Counted from the first letter of the stretch, positions 29,447-39,612 are shown. The stretch: DNA of 64,000 bases from Candidatus Helarchaeota archaeon (GCA_019058315.1 JAHPZH010000002.1:224001-288000), one strand, 5' to 3'. The notes: generated from the letters alone by a model not told the origin. Numbers and translations are program-made.

Positions 29447-30949
29447 CTAGTCTAGATTGGAACCACAATAAGTGCAAAATTTCCAAGCAGTGCTAATTTT
29501 TCTACCGCAGCCAGGACATATAACTTCTTTTACTTTTTTCTCTTCTTTTTCTTTAGGAACAACCTCTAGTATAATTTCTTCAGTCTCTTCTATTGTTGTT
29601 ACAAAAGGAGTAAAACTCACCTTTTTTTCCTCTATTTTTGGTGCACTTTTCATGAAATCAATCCAAGAACCACCAGTAGAACCTGATGAAGTAGATGGAG
29701 TTGAAGGTCTAGGGGTAGAAGTTGGCTCACCTAAAGTGAATGGAACAAATACAGGACTAGCTGTTGTTGGTTCAGACGATGCACTGGAAGTTGATGAAGC
29801 AGTACTAAAAGGAATAAAACTAGACGGAGTTTCTGGAACAGGAGGTTTCGTATCTAAAGGAGCAGGTTCTGGGCTGGGAGGTGTTGTGTCAATAGGTGGC
29901 GGACTCTCTATTGTCGGTGTAACATCAATTGGCTTAATCTGGGGGGGAGTTAAATCTATAGGTTCTGGACTGGGAGGTGAAATATCTATCGGTTTGAGAG
30001 TTGGTGGAGAGATATCAATAGGCTTTGCCATAGGAGGAGTCATTTCGATAGGCTTTGGCGTAGGGGGAGTCATTTCGATAGGCTTTGGCGTAGGGGGAGT
30101 CATCTCGATAGGCTTTGGCATAGGAGGAGTTATATCAACAGGCTGCGGTGGTAAAGTACTAAGATCTGTAGGTTCTGGGGTAGGTTCTTCTGTACCCTCT
30201 AATATTTTTAATGCTTCATCTAAACTTGGAGAGCCATCGAGACTTGGGGTGGTTGTTGCAGGAATTGTTGGAACTGTTGGAGGTTTAAAGGTTGGTGGTT
30301 CTGGGGTAGCAGATATAGTAGGCACTGTAGGTGGTGGCGAAATTGTAGGCACGGTAGGTGGTGGTGTGAATGTTGGAGCAATAGGGGTTGTAGGTGTTTC
30401 TACCTCTGCTGGAGCAGGTGCTGCTGCAATTGCTGGAACTTTTGCTTGAAGTAAAAGTGTACCTAATTGATGAAATAATGAATTGATATTTTGACCACTT
30501 TTAGCAGAAGCTTCAAAATAAGTAATTCCCATTTGTTGAGCAAGTCCTTGTGCTTCACTACTTTCAACTGCACGGTCAGGTAAATCTGATTTGTTACCAA
30601 TTAACATTAATGGGATCGCACCACAATTATCTGCGACTTCTTGAAACCATTTCGGGAGATTGTCGTAACTCTCACGATTAGTAAGATCGAAGATTGCAAG
30701 TGCTGCCATCGCTCCCTTATAATACAAGGGACGGATATATGAGAATCTTTCTTGCCCTCCAGTATCCCAAACTTGGAGTTTTACCTTATATCCTTCGATT
30801 TGAATCAATTTTATGGCGAAATCAACGCCAATTGTCATTTTATAGTGCTCTTCGAACCTTCCTTCAGCAAATCTGATGGTGATGGCCGTTTTCCCCACTG
30901 CACCGTCTCCTACTACAATGACTTTGAATAGATAATCATATTCACTCAT
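29447..30949 (-). CDS. Rab-like GTPase with long Pro/Thr-rich repeat linker and C-terminal zinc ribbon
   Basis: YDYLFK, GDGAVGKT, TIGVDF, WDTGGQERF, YYKGA, GNKSD, EASAK; CPGC...CTYCG at the end. Confidence 0.9.
   Translation of the reverse strand: MSEYDYLFKVIVVGDGAVGKTAITIRFAEGRFEEHYKMTIGVDFAIKLIQIEGYKVKLQVWDTGGQERFSYIRPLYYKGAMAALAIFDLTNRESYDNLPKWFQEVADNCGAIPLMLIGNKSDLPDRAVESSEAQGLAQQMGITYFEASAKSGQNINSLFHQLGTLLLQAKVPAIAAAPAPAEVETPTTPIAPTFTPPPTVPTISPPPTVPTISATPEPPTFKPPTVPTIPATTTPSLDGSPSLDEALKILEGTEEPTPEPTDLSTLPPQPVDITPPMPKPIEMTPPTPKPIEMTPPTPKPIEMTPPMAKPIDISPPTLKPIDISPPSPEPIDLTPPQIKPIDVTPTIESPPPIDTTPPSPEPAPLDTKPPVPETPSSFIPFSTASSTSSASSEPTTASPVFVPFTLGEPTSTPRPSTPSTSSGSTGGSWIDFMKSAPKIEEKKVSFTPFVTTIEETEEIILEVVPKEKEEKKVKEVICPGCGRKISTAWKFCTYCGSNLD
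29900..30150 (-). repeat. Intragenic 30-bp tandem repeat encoding 10-aa units (PKPIEMTPPT-like), about 8-9 degenerate copies
   Basis: Near-identical gtcatttcgataggctttggcgtaggggga units around 30039-30128, degenerate on both sides. Confidence 0.85.
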
Positions 30950-31346
30950 TTAGAAGCCTCAAAACTTTAATTCCGATTATTAGCTTAACTTATATGAAAA
31001 ATTTATATTCAGAATAATTACTTTATTCTTAAAACCTTATTTTTTTACTATTTTAATATAAATTCTTATTAATATACATTAATTCTATTTGGTATTATTT
31101 TTTTTTATTTATAAAAATAATTTTATCTAAATTAAAGTATGCTCATTTTTGAAAAGGAAGCATTGAATTTTAAGTTATAGCCTTCAAAGATCGGATTATT
31201 ACAGTAATTTTGAAATTAGAATAAGGATCATAAATTTTTAAAAATATTAAAATATTTACTATTTCTTATTTGATTGGAGTAAATCTAGAATCGTTAGAAT
31301 TGTTACATTAGCAAACAAATTAATTATTTAATAATAGGTGATTTAA

Positions 31347-33323
31347 ATTCAAGAAAATCCAATTTTAACCAATAAATTAAACGAAAGAATTGTTATGCTC
31401 GGAAATCAAGCCATAATACGAGGAGCATTAGAAGCGGGTGTTCAATTTGTATCCCAATATCCCGGAACACCACTTTCAGATATAGGAACTATGTGTACTG
31501 AATTATTACAATCTAAATCCCTTCCAGGTTTTTATTTTCAATGGGCCGCTAATGAAGCAGCATCAATTCAGGCTGCAGCTGGTGCTAGTTGGAGTGGTAT
31601 TCCTTCATTGGTCCCTGCTAAACATGTTGGAATAAATGTATTAGCTGATTCTCTATGTGTAATTGCTTTGAATGGACCAACTTCTTCGTATGGAGAAGGC
31701 GGCATAGTGATTATTGCAGGTGGAGACCCTGCATCCCTAGGAAGTCATTGTGAACAAAATGAACGATTTTATAGCTGGATGTTTCATTTAGTTCATATGG
31801 AACCAAGTGATGTGCGAGATTGTCTGGAATGGATTCCAGAGTTATATAAAATCTCTAAAGAATTTGATCTAATTGGATTTTTCCGGGTTACAAGTAGAGT
31901 TGCCCATACTCGTCAAGATGTAATATTAAAAAATCCTCTACCTCAATTTCAAGATAAGAAGGGTTTTTTTGAGAAAAATATTCCAAAATATTGTTCCCTC
32001 CCTCCCCATTGCGTTAATAATCATCTTCGATTGTATGAACGGATTGAAAAATTCAAAAAAAGTCCATATTCTAAAAAATTTGATAAAATTATACCAGGAG
32101 ATTCTAAGTTAGGTATATTAACAGCTGGTGTTCCATTTGGATATACTATGGAAGCCTTACGTATTCTTGATATTAAAGATACACCTGTTCTTAAATATGG
32201 GGTTATCAATCCTATTAATGAAGAGATCTTTCTAAAATTTGCAGAAAATTTAGATAAAATTATCATATTAGAAGAATTAGAACCTTTTGTTGAAGTAGAA
32301 ATTAAAAGAATTGCCCAAGAAAATGGTATTACAATTCCAATTAAGGGTCATGAAATTGTAAGAAAATGGGGAGAATTGAGTACTTCTGATGTTGTTCAAA
32401 TTTTGGGTAAAGAAATTAATAAGTCGATTACAACATATGATGCAATTTTAGAAAAAGTGAATAAATATCAGCATCTAATTCCGCCAAGACCTCCTACTTT
32501 TTGTGCTGGATGTCCCGAAAGATCTCTACTTTATGCTATTGAAAAAGCAGTTGATAAGAAAAAGACAATAATTGCAGGCGATATTGGTTGTTATGTGATG
32601 AGTTTTTTTCCGCCACATGAACTAACTGATTGGGTTATATGTATGTCTGGAGGATTGGGAGCGGCAGTAGGTGCTGCTGTTAAAACGGATCAAGATATTA
32701 TTGCTTTTGTTGGAGATTCCACTTTCTATCATACTGGACTACCAATTTTAATTTCAGCCGTTTATAATGGAGCTAATGTAACATTAATCATTTTTGATAA
32801 TTCTTGGACTGCTATGACTGGAGGACATGAAAATCCCAATACACCAACACATCTGAGAGCTGCTAATATATTACAAGATCCAATTACATTTAATCTAAAA
32901 GATATTTTGAAGGCTTGTGGAGTGCAATACGTCAGAGTTATTGATCCTTATAAACCAAAATCTGCAGAAATGGCTATCCGTAAAGCCATGAAACATAAAG
33001 GAGTAAAGGCTCTTATATCCCGAAGAGAATGTGGTCTGAAATATGGAAGAAGGTTGAAATCTGAGAAGTACAAGTGGATGAGACAAGATAAACCCTTTTC
33101 TAAAGTTATTTATCAAGTTATTCCTGAAAGATGTGTACTTTGCAAAGAATGCACTCAAATACTCTGTTGTACCGCTTTAAGTATAGTAAATAAAGATGGA
33201 ATTGAATGTGTAGAGATTGATGAGGCAAGGTGTAATCGTTGTGGAGTGTGTCATCAAATTTGCCCAAATTCCGCAATAAGAATTACTACAATAAATCCAC
33301 AAGATCCTGAGGTGAGGGTATAA
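31347..33323 (+). CDS. iorA: Indolepyruvate:ferredoxin oxidoreductase alpha subunit (possible ATT start at 31347; first ATG at 31395)
   Basis: GNQAIIRGALEAG, YPGTP, KHVG.NV, RPPTFCAGCP, GDIGCY, GDSTF, C-terminal ferredoxin cysteines. Confidence 0.9.
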   Translation: MQENPILTNKLNERIVMLGNQAIIRGALEAGVQFVSQYPGTPLSDIGTMCTELLQSKSLPGFYFQWAANEAASIQAAAGASWSGIPSLVPAKHVGINVLADSLCVIALNGPTSSYGEGGIVIIAGGDPASLGSHCEQNERFYSWMFHLVHMEPSDVRDCLEWIPELYKISKEFDLIGFFRVTSRVAHTRQDVILKNPLPQFQDKKGFFEKNIPKYCSLPPHCVNNHLRLYERIEKFKKSPYSKKFDKIIPGDSKLGILTAGVPFGYTMEALRILDIKDTPVLKYGVINPINEEIFLKFAENLDKIIILEELEPFVEVEIKRIAQENGITIPIKGHEIVRKWGELSTSDVVQILGKEINKSITTYDAILEKVNKYQHLIPPRPPTFCAGCPERSLLYAIEKAVDKKKTIIAGDIGCYVMSFFPPHELTDWVICMSGGLGAAVGAAVKTDQDIIAFVGDSTFYHTGLPILISAVYNGANVTLIIFDNSWTAMTGGHENPNTPTHLRAANILQDPITFNLKDILKACGVQYVRVIDPYKPKSAEMAIRKAMKHKGVKALISRRECGLKYGRRLKSEKYKWMRQDKPFSKVIYQVIPERCVLCKECTQILCCTALSIVNKDGIECVEIDEARCNRCGVCHQICPNSAIRITTINPQDPEVRV

Positions 33324-33324
33324 A

Positions 33325-33969
33325 ATGAAGATTTGGAATGCATTAATTGTCGGAATAGGTGGAACTGGAGTTATAACATTAAAAACAATATTAGAATACG
33401 CGGCATTGAAAGATCCTAAAGTTGGAAAATTAATTGGTGCAGAAAAACACGGATTAGCTCAAAGAGAAGGTTCTGTGGATGTTCATGTTCGATTTCTTAT
33501 TCTAGATCCAAATGAAATTATTGATGAATATTTTCTAACTTCTCCTACAATCCCCATTGGTGGTTCTGATATGGCTATAGGGATTGAACCAGTTGAATTA
33601 TTAAGAGACGCGAAGTTTTTTTCTCAAAAAACAACATTTATAGTAAATACTTATACCATGCCTCCTCCCAGTGTCATTTCTGAACGAAATACTTATCCAG
33701 CGTTTGAAACAATAATTAATACTTTAAAAGATACCTCTGGATCAGATGATTTTTTAATTATTGATGCAACTAAAATCGCAATAGAAGAAATGGGAGATGC
33801 TTTATTTGGAAATAATATTTTACTTGGAGCTGCTCTTGCTTCAGGAAAAATACCATTAGAAAAAAAATTGATTGAAAATGTTTTGAGAGAGCAAGTCAAA
33901 CAAGCTGATCTAAATATAGATGCACTAAATCTTGGTTATCAGAGGGGATTAGAAATCCTTAAAAAATAA
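33325..33969 (+). CDS. iorB: Indolepyruvate:ferredoxin oxidoreductase beta subunit
   Basis: GIGGTGV, HGLAQREGSV, EPVE, NNILLGA; directly after iorA. Confidence 0.88.
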   Translation: MKIWNALIVGIGGTGVITLKTILEYAALKDPKVGKLIGAEKHGLAQREGSVDVHVRFLILDPNEIIDEYFLTSPTIPIGGSDMAIGIEPVELLRDAKFFSQKTTFIVNTYTMPPPSVISERNTYPAFETIINTLKDTSGSDDFLIIDATKIAIEEMGDALFGNNILLGAALASGKIPLEKKLIENVLREQVKQADLNIDALNLGYQRGLEILKK

Positions 33970-34080
33970 TATTAAATATTTTTCATCATTTCGTAAAATA
34001 CAATTATTTTTTTGTATTATACCTTTAATGTCTCCTAATTTTAGCGAAATTAATAAAATGTTTTATGATAATTAAATAAC

Positions 34081-34143
34081 CTTTATTAGTCATTTTAATG
34101 ACTTCTATATTAAAATAAAATAAAAAAGTTTGCAAATTTGCAA
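34081..34143 (+). promoter_or_regulatory. Putative promoter of the radical SAM gene with two palindromes
   Basis: TATA-like CTTTATTA at 34081-88, AGTCATT-TT-AATGACT at 34088-34103, TTGCAAATTTGCAA at 34130-34143. Confidence 0.35.
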
Positions 34144-34176
34144 TATTTTCTTGAATTTTAAAGGTGAGAAATTATC

Positions 34177-35808
34177 ATGGTAACTGGTTCAATAATCAAA
34201 AAAACAAAAAGTTTATGCCCAGAATGTAAAAAAGTGATTGACGCAAATATTATAGAAGAAAATGGGAAAGTTCTAATGAATAAAAAATGCTCTGAACATG
34301 GAGATTTTTCAGATATTTTATCAATTAATCCTACTCATTTTCGATGGAGTCAAAACTTCATGATTGACGGTCAAAAACCAAAAGACCCTTGTGTATCGAC
34401 TAAAAAAGGATGCCCTTATGATTGTGGATCATGTCCCGAACATAAATCCTCTCCAGCTATTGCTATTTGTGATATTACTTATCGTTGTAATTTAAAATGT
34501 CCAATTTGCTTTGCTAATGCTGAAAGCCGTGGATTAAATTATGAACCATCGTTCGAAGAACTAATTCGAATTTATAAACATTTTAGAAATATTAAACCTC
34601 AGCCACCAATTGTTGCAATGTATGCAGGTGGAGAACCAACTGTACGAAATGATCTCCCGGAGTTATTAACCGAATGTGTAAAAATGGGATATCAACAATT
34701 ACAAATTGCTACAAATGGGATACGTTTAGCTAACATTGATTACTTCCAAGAATTAATTGACGCCGGATTGCCAAATTCTACTAATAATAATAGAACTCGA
34801 ACTTGTATTTATTTACAATTTGATGGAATTGAACGTGAAACTTACATAAAAACAAGAGGCGCTGATATTTTAGATAAAAAATTAAAAGTAATTGAAAATG
34901 CTAGAGAGCTAAATTTTCCTAATATGATTTTAGTTCCTACCGTTGCCAAAGGTGTTAATGACCATGAAATTAATAACATTCTACAGTTTGCTATAGATAA
35001 TATTGATGTAGTTTCTACCCTAATGTATCAACCAATGGCTATGTGTGGAAGATTTGATAAAGAAAAACTTCATGAAATGAGAATCACCTCTTCCCATTTA
35101 GCAAAAGAATTACAAGCATATACAAAAGGAAAAGTTGGAAAAACATATCCTCTACCCACTATTTCAAAATTCGCAAAAATAATTGCTTTCTTAAATAATG
35201 AACCTCCTGTGGAATTTACATGTAATGCGGATTGTGGTTTTGCCAACTTCATGTTTGTAGATCCTAAGACAAAACAACTTACCGGGATCGAAGATTTTGT
35301 TGATGCGGATAGATTTCTAAAGATTTGTGATAAATGGTATAATAGAGTAGAAAGAGAGAAAAAATGGGAACAAGAAGGAAAAACAGGACTTTTTGGTAGA
35401 TTTTTTGACAGAGCTAGAAAAGATATTTTAAAAGCAAGAATTTTTGGAGAACTTGCATTAACGATGAGATCTCCACAAGCACTTCTTAATAATTTTTCAG
35501 ACCCAATTTCAGTTGTTAGAAATTTTGCCGATACTGTCTTAAATACATCTTGGGAATCCAGTTCAAATTGGCTTATAAATGGAAATGTTCTGCTTGTAGG
35601 TTTAATGCATTTTCAAGATTTATATAATTTCGATCTCGAGCGTGTAAGTCGATGCTTAGTTCATTACGGCTATATAGATCCTACCACAAACCAAGTAAGG
35701 CAAGTTCCATTCTGTGCAATGAACGCAGTCCATAGAGAAAGAATTGAAAACGAACTAGAACAAGCAGATAAAATGGTTCAATATACACCCGATATTCAAT
35801 CAAACTAA
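34177..35808 (+). CDS. tes: Radical SAM protein of the tetraether lipid synthase (Tes/MJ0619) family
   Basis: TKSLCPEC...C.EHG, GCPYDCG.C.EH, CNLKCPICF, GGEPT, YLQFDG, MHFQD.YN.D.ER..RC, PFCAMN. Confidence 0.78.
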   Translation: MVTGSIIKKTKSLCPECKKVIDANIIEENGKVLMNKKCSEHGDFSDILSINPTHFRWSQNFMIDGQKPKDPCVSTKKGCPYDCGSCPEHKSSPAIAICDITYRCNLKCPICFANAESRGLNYEPSFEELIRIYKHFRNIKPQPPIVAMYAGGEPTVRNDLPELLTECVKMGYQQLQIATNGIRLANIDYFQELIDAGLPNSTNNNRTRTCIYLQFDGIERETYIKTRGADILDKKLKVIENARELNFPNMILVPTVAKGVNDHEINNILQFAIDNIDVVSTLMYQPMAMCGRFDKEKLHEMRITSSHLAKELQAYTKGKVGKTYPLPTISKFAKIIAFLNNEPPVEFTCNADCGFANFMFVDPKTKQLTGIEDFVDADRFLKICDKWYNRVEREKKWEQEGKTGLFGRFFDRARKDILKARIFGELALTMRSPQALLNNFSDPISVVRNFADTVLNTSWESSSNWLINGNVLLVGLMHFQDLYNFDLERVSRCLVHYGYIDPTTNQVRQVPFCAMNAVHRERIENELEQADKMVQYTPDIQSN

Positions 35809-35896
35809 ATATGATTGCGTTTTCTATTTTTTTAAAAATTCAAATTTCTTTTATTTTTTGTATCAAATTATTTTATTTTTTCAATTAATTTCATAT

Positions 35897-38575
35897 CTAA
35901 ATAGGAAGATTAATTGAAAAAAAGGAAGGTTTGATTATTATCTCATATTCATTATAAACGATTTTATCAGGCAGATGAAGTTTTAAATTTAATTTATAAC
36001 GACCACTTCTTCCTTTAGGTAATAATACGTTTATTTCTCCAATTTTGATCAATGAATCCTTATCTATATTAATATTATATTCATTCTGAAAGATAGCTTT
36101 ACCAGAACTTGGTGAAATATCAACTGTTAATTTAATATCATTAAATTCTTGGTGTAAGTCGTTTGTCACATACAATTCAGTTTTAAATCGTTTTCCTTGA
36201 GTATAATTTTTATTTGGCCATTTCATTATAAACGGATATACTGGTTCAAAGCAATTTTTAACTACATAATAAGCCTTTTTAGGTTCACGCCAATAGTCGA
36301 CGATACTCCATGTGATTCCAGGGAAACAATCGTTGAATAGAAAATGTATTACACCTCCACAATGATCATATTTCAAAAATCTAAATAGTTCTATGTGAAA
36401 TTTTGCTATCTCAGCTTGATAATCTTGAGTCGCTTGTATAAATTCCTCTAAAGTTTTAAAATTTTCTTCTTTAGCATAGTTTCTGACAAACATTTGTTGA
36501 TATCGATGATATTTTATTAAAATCGCTGTATTTAAGGGGAATAAGTCCTCTGGATTATCCTTAAAACATGGAAATTTTTGTAAACTTTCCAAATTTGGAA
36601 ATGCTTGTGCACCAAATTCCGTTACGAATCGAACTTTTCTTCTACTAGTTAAGAATTTATAAGCTGCTCTATATCTAGGAGCTGTTGGCCAATAATATCC
36701 ACAATAACTATGAAGGTCAGTGCCTCCTCGTATTAGACCTGCTATACCCGAATTTTTTACAATTATTCCGTTATGATTTTTTTCAGGTTCGAGCTCCATT
36801 TCAAGGACTTTAACCATTTCTGAATCTAATTTGTCCTTATTAAAATTTCTAACAATATTCCACGGAAGTGCATTAACTGGCAATGTTAAAACACAAAATA
36901 GTAAGAATTCAATTAGATTACCCATCGTTAATATAGTATCTGTGTGAAATAATGGATTTGTTTCTAATACTCCAGGAATTAACGTCATTTCGGGTAAAAA
37001 GAAATCTAAAATTGTTGGAATGGAAAATATAAGGAAAACGCCTATAGCTTCTTTTTCATTTACGAAATTTAATGGTGGCATTTGAAGAAGAAGGGCTATA
37101 GCAATGCCTAATAAAACAGGTTTTGTAATAAATGGAATATCTTTAAAGATATCACGACCCAAATCTAAAAATTCACGTGTTGTTGTTGAAAATTGCCATG
37201 TGCTTATATTAAAAACTGATGACCCAGGAAATAGGGTAATAATTAAATTTACACCAAAAAGTAAGAAAATTAGCCCTATTAAAAAAAGGGGAATTTTTAA
37301 TTTTCCTAAAAGTTCAAAAGGTTCATTATGTGTACAATAAATTGCTTGTGAGGGGTGATTTTGAAGTAATTCAACAGCTTTTTTAGCTTGTTTTTTTGCA
37401 GGTTCCAATATTTTTTTAGAATATCCCCATTGAAAAGGTAAATCTTGCCAAACAAGAACTCCCAATTCATCGCAGGCATTATGAAAAAGAGGTTCATTAT
37501 CAAGATGTGCGTGGACTCGAATCATATTCATATTACAATCCTTAATTAATTGGATGTCTTTTTTATAATCCTTGGGAGTACAGTATGCCAAACGCATATC
37601 ACATGGCGCATAGTTATTCCCTCTTATAAAAATTCTACGTCCGTTTAAGAATATCTTCCAACCCTTCTGCTTTGTAGTCATGTAAATTTCTCGAATTCCA
37701 AAAGTATTTTCTAAAGATTCAGATTCTCCATTTTGAATTAAAATCTGGGATTTTAAAGTATAAAGATTCTGCGCTCCATGATCCCATGTCCACCACAACT
37801 TAGCATCATCTATTTCTATTTCCTCATAGATTGTATTTGTCCCAATTACGAGTTTTTTGGTAAGATCTAAATTAATATTCTTACCTTCAAAATTTTTTGG
37901 ACTTACTTTTATTTTAAGGTTAATTTCAAGGTCTTTTTTTGATTCAATTATATAGATTACTTTAATTTTAGCCTTCTTTTCTGAAAGAATTTTTGGGATA
38001 ATTTTGATATTTTTGAAATAAGCTTGATCGGTGCTTATTAATTCTACACTTTTCCAAATTCCACCTGGATTTGTAACCGGATCGCTGGCGTCCCAATGGC
38101 TTAAAACACCCGTTATTTGTTTTTTATTCCACATATTTTTTTCGTCTTCACAAGTCACCTTTACAGCAATACTGTTTTCTTTTTCAAAATCTATTTTATC
38201 TGAAATATCAAATTCGAAGGGAAAGAAATATCCTTCATTTTCCCCCAATTTCTCTCCATTTAACCAAACAGAAGTCAGATAGAAGACTCCATTAAATCTC
38301 AACCTTATAATTTTATTTTTAAATTCGCTCGGAGGAATAAAATTTGTTCTATACCAAACAATAGGTCCTCCATAATCATTATATATCCCATCTTTACTTA
38401 AATCTGTAATATATTTTTCATTTGCTTGCCAATGTCCTGGTACTTTAATTTTATCCCATGTACTATCATCATACTCAGTGTTAAAAAATTTTTGGACTTC
38501 ACCCTGATTATTCTCATCCTTTATTACTTTCCATGTGCCATCTAACTTCTGTATCAATTGAAAAAACTCCTTCAT
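35897..38575 (-). CDS. Glycoside hydrolase family 2 (beta-mannosidase-like) with internal multi-TM insertion
   Basis: VPGHWQ, LRFNGVFY..SVWLNG, GGIWK.V, NMIRVHAH, CDELGVLVWQD, HNEP, TEFGAQ, WSIVDYWR.PK. Confidence 0.88.
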   Translation of the reverse strand: MKEFFQLIQKLDGTWKVIKDENNQGEVQKFFNTEYDDSTWDKIKVPGHWQANEKYITDLSKDGIYNDYGGPIVWYRTNFIPPSEFKNKIIRLRFNGVFYLTSVWLNGEKLGENEGYFFPFEFDISDKIDFEKENSIAVKVTCEDEKNMWNKKQITGVLSHWDASDPVTNPGGIWKSVELISTDQAYFKNIKIIPKILSEKKAKIKVIYIIESKKDLEINLKIKVSPKNFEGKNINLDLTKKLVIGTNTIYEEIEIDDAKLWWTWDHGAQNLYTLKSQILIQNGESESLENTFGIREIYMTTKQKGWKIFLNGRRIFIRGNNYAPCDMRLAYCTPKDYKKDIQLIKDCNMNMIRVHAHLDNEPLFHNACDELGVLVWQDLPFQWGYSKKILEPAKKQAKKAVELLQNHPSQAIYCTHNEPFELLGKLKIPLFLIGLIFLLFGVNLIITLFPGSSVFNISTWQFSTTTREFLDLGRDIFKDIPFITKPVLLGIAIALLLQMPPLNFVNEKEAIGVFLIFSIPTILDFFLPEMTLIPGVLETNPLFHTDTILTMGNLIEFLLFCVLTLPVNALPWNIVRNFNKDKLDSEMVKVLEMELEPEKNHNGIIVKNSGIAGLIRGGTDLHSYCGYYWPTAPRYRAAYKFLTSRRKVRFVTEFGAQAFPNLESLQKFPCFKDNPEDLFPLNTAILIKYHRYQQMFVRNYAKEENFKTLEEFIQATQDYQAEIAKFHIELFRFLKYDHCGGVIHFLFNDCFPGITWSIVDYWREPKKAYYVVKNCFEPVYPFIMKWPNKNYTQGKRFKTELYVTNDLHQEFNDIKLTVDISPSSGKAIFQNEYNINIDKDSLIKIGEINVLLPKGRSGRYKLNLKLHLPDKIVYNEYEIIIKPSFFSINLPI

Positions 38576-38969
38576 AACTTTTTACTAATAATTGTTTCAA
38601 AGATCTATTAAAATGAATCTTTTAAAATGAATATCCTATTCTAATTTAATTCTTTAATGAACAAATGAGAATTATTTTTCAATTTTTTAAATTTTTTTTC
38701 GTTGATAATGAAATATAATGGAATAATTTGAAATTTATGCATTTTTAAAAAGATTTATAAAAAAACTCGTGTGTCTCCTCCATAATTAAAATAGTTTATA
38801 TTTGAAATTCATATAATATTTTGAACTATGTAACATATAAAACACAATTTTTATCGGAAATTTTTTAAATCTAAAAGTAATTAAGGTTTATCATAACTCT
38901 ATTAAGAGTTTCTCTTTTCTAATAAACCAGAAAGAGAAAAATTAAAAAAATTTAACAATAAACCCAAAT

Positions 38970-39398
38970 GTGATTAAAATGGGAGCAGTTGATGAAATTA
39001 AAAAGAAAATTGAAAGCAAAGCTTACGATCTCAAAGATCTACCATTATTCATGAAAGCAGTCGAAGAAGTAGCAGCCTCAAATGAAGATCTTCAAGATGA
39101 ACTAGAAGATCAAGACGATGTTGTAATCATGATGGAAGTACCTGGCATTATTGCAGGTTATATGGAAATTAAAGACGGAAAACTTACTGCAGGTGAAGGT
39201 AAACACTCTGATCCTACAGTCACAATCCAAATGAATGAAGATGTCGCTGCAGGCTTACTCACTGGTGAAGTAGATACCGCAAGTGCCTATATGGCTGGCG
39301 ATATTAAAATCGTCGGCGAAATGGCCAAAGCTATGGCTCTCCGTTCAATCTTAGAAATTGTTGGCGAAGAGCTCGGTGTCGAAATGGGTGGCGGCTAA
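38970..39398 (+). CDS. SCP2 sterol/lipid-binding domain protein (probable start ATG 38979)
   Basis: DPTVTI ... LLTGEVD..SAYMAGDIKIVGEM..AM. Confidence 0.85.
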   Translation: MIKMGAVDEIKKKIESKAYDLKDLPLFMKAVEEVAASNEDLQDELEDQDDVVIMMEVPGIIAGYMEIKDGKLTAGEGKHSDPTVTIQMNEDVAAGLLTGEVDTASAYMAGDIKIVGEMAKAMALRSILEIVGEELGVEMGGG

Positions 39399-39612
39399 AC
39401 TAGAATCTATCAACTCTAACTTTATCTTTTTTTTATTTCTATATTTTTTTCATTACCTAATTACATTTTAATAAACAATTTTAAAATCTTTTACATTTAT
39501 ATGTTAAAAATTCAAATGTTTGACTCTTCATTTTGCCATTTTATATTCATAAAAATATAATAATAGTGCTAAATACACAAGACTTTTTTAGATTTTAGCC
39601 CAAAATTGATAA

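Noticed and set aside
29472-30449. 325-aa Gly/Val-rich ORF on the plus strand
   Set aside because: Antisense shadow of the Pro/Thr-rich repeat region of the Rab gene.
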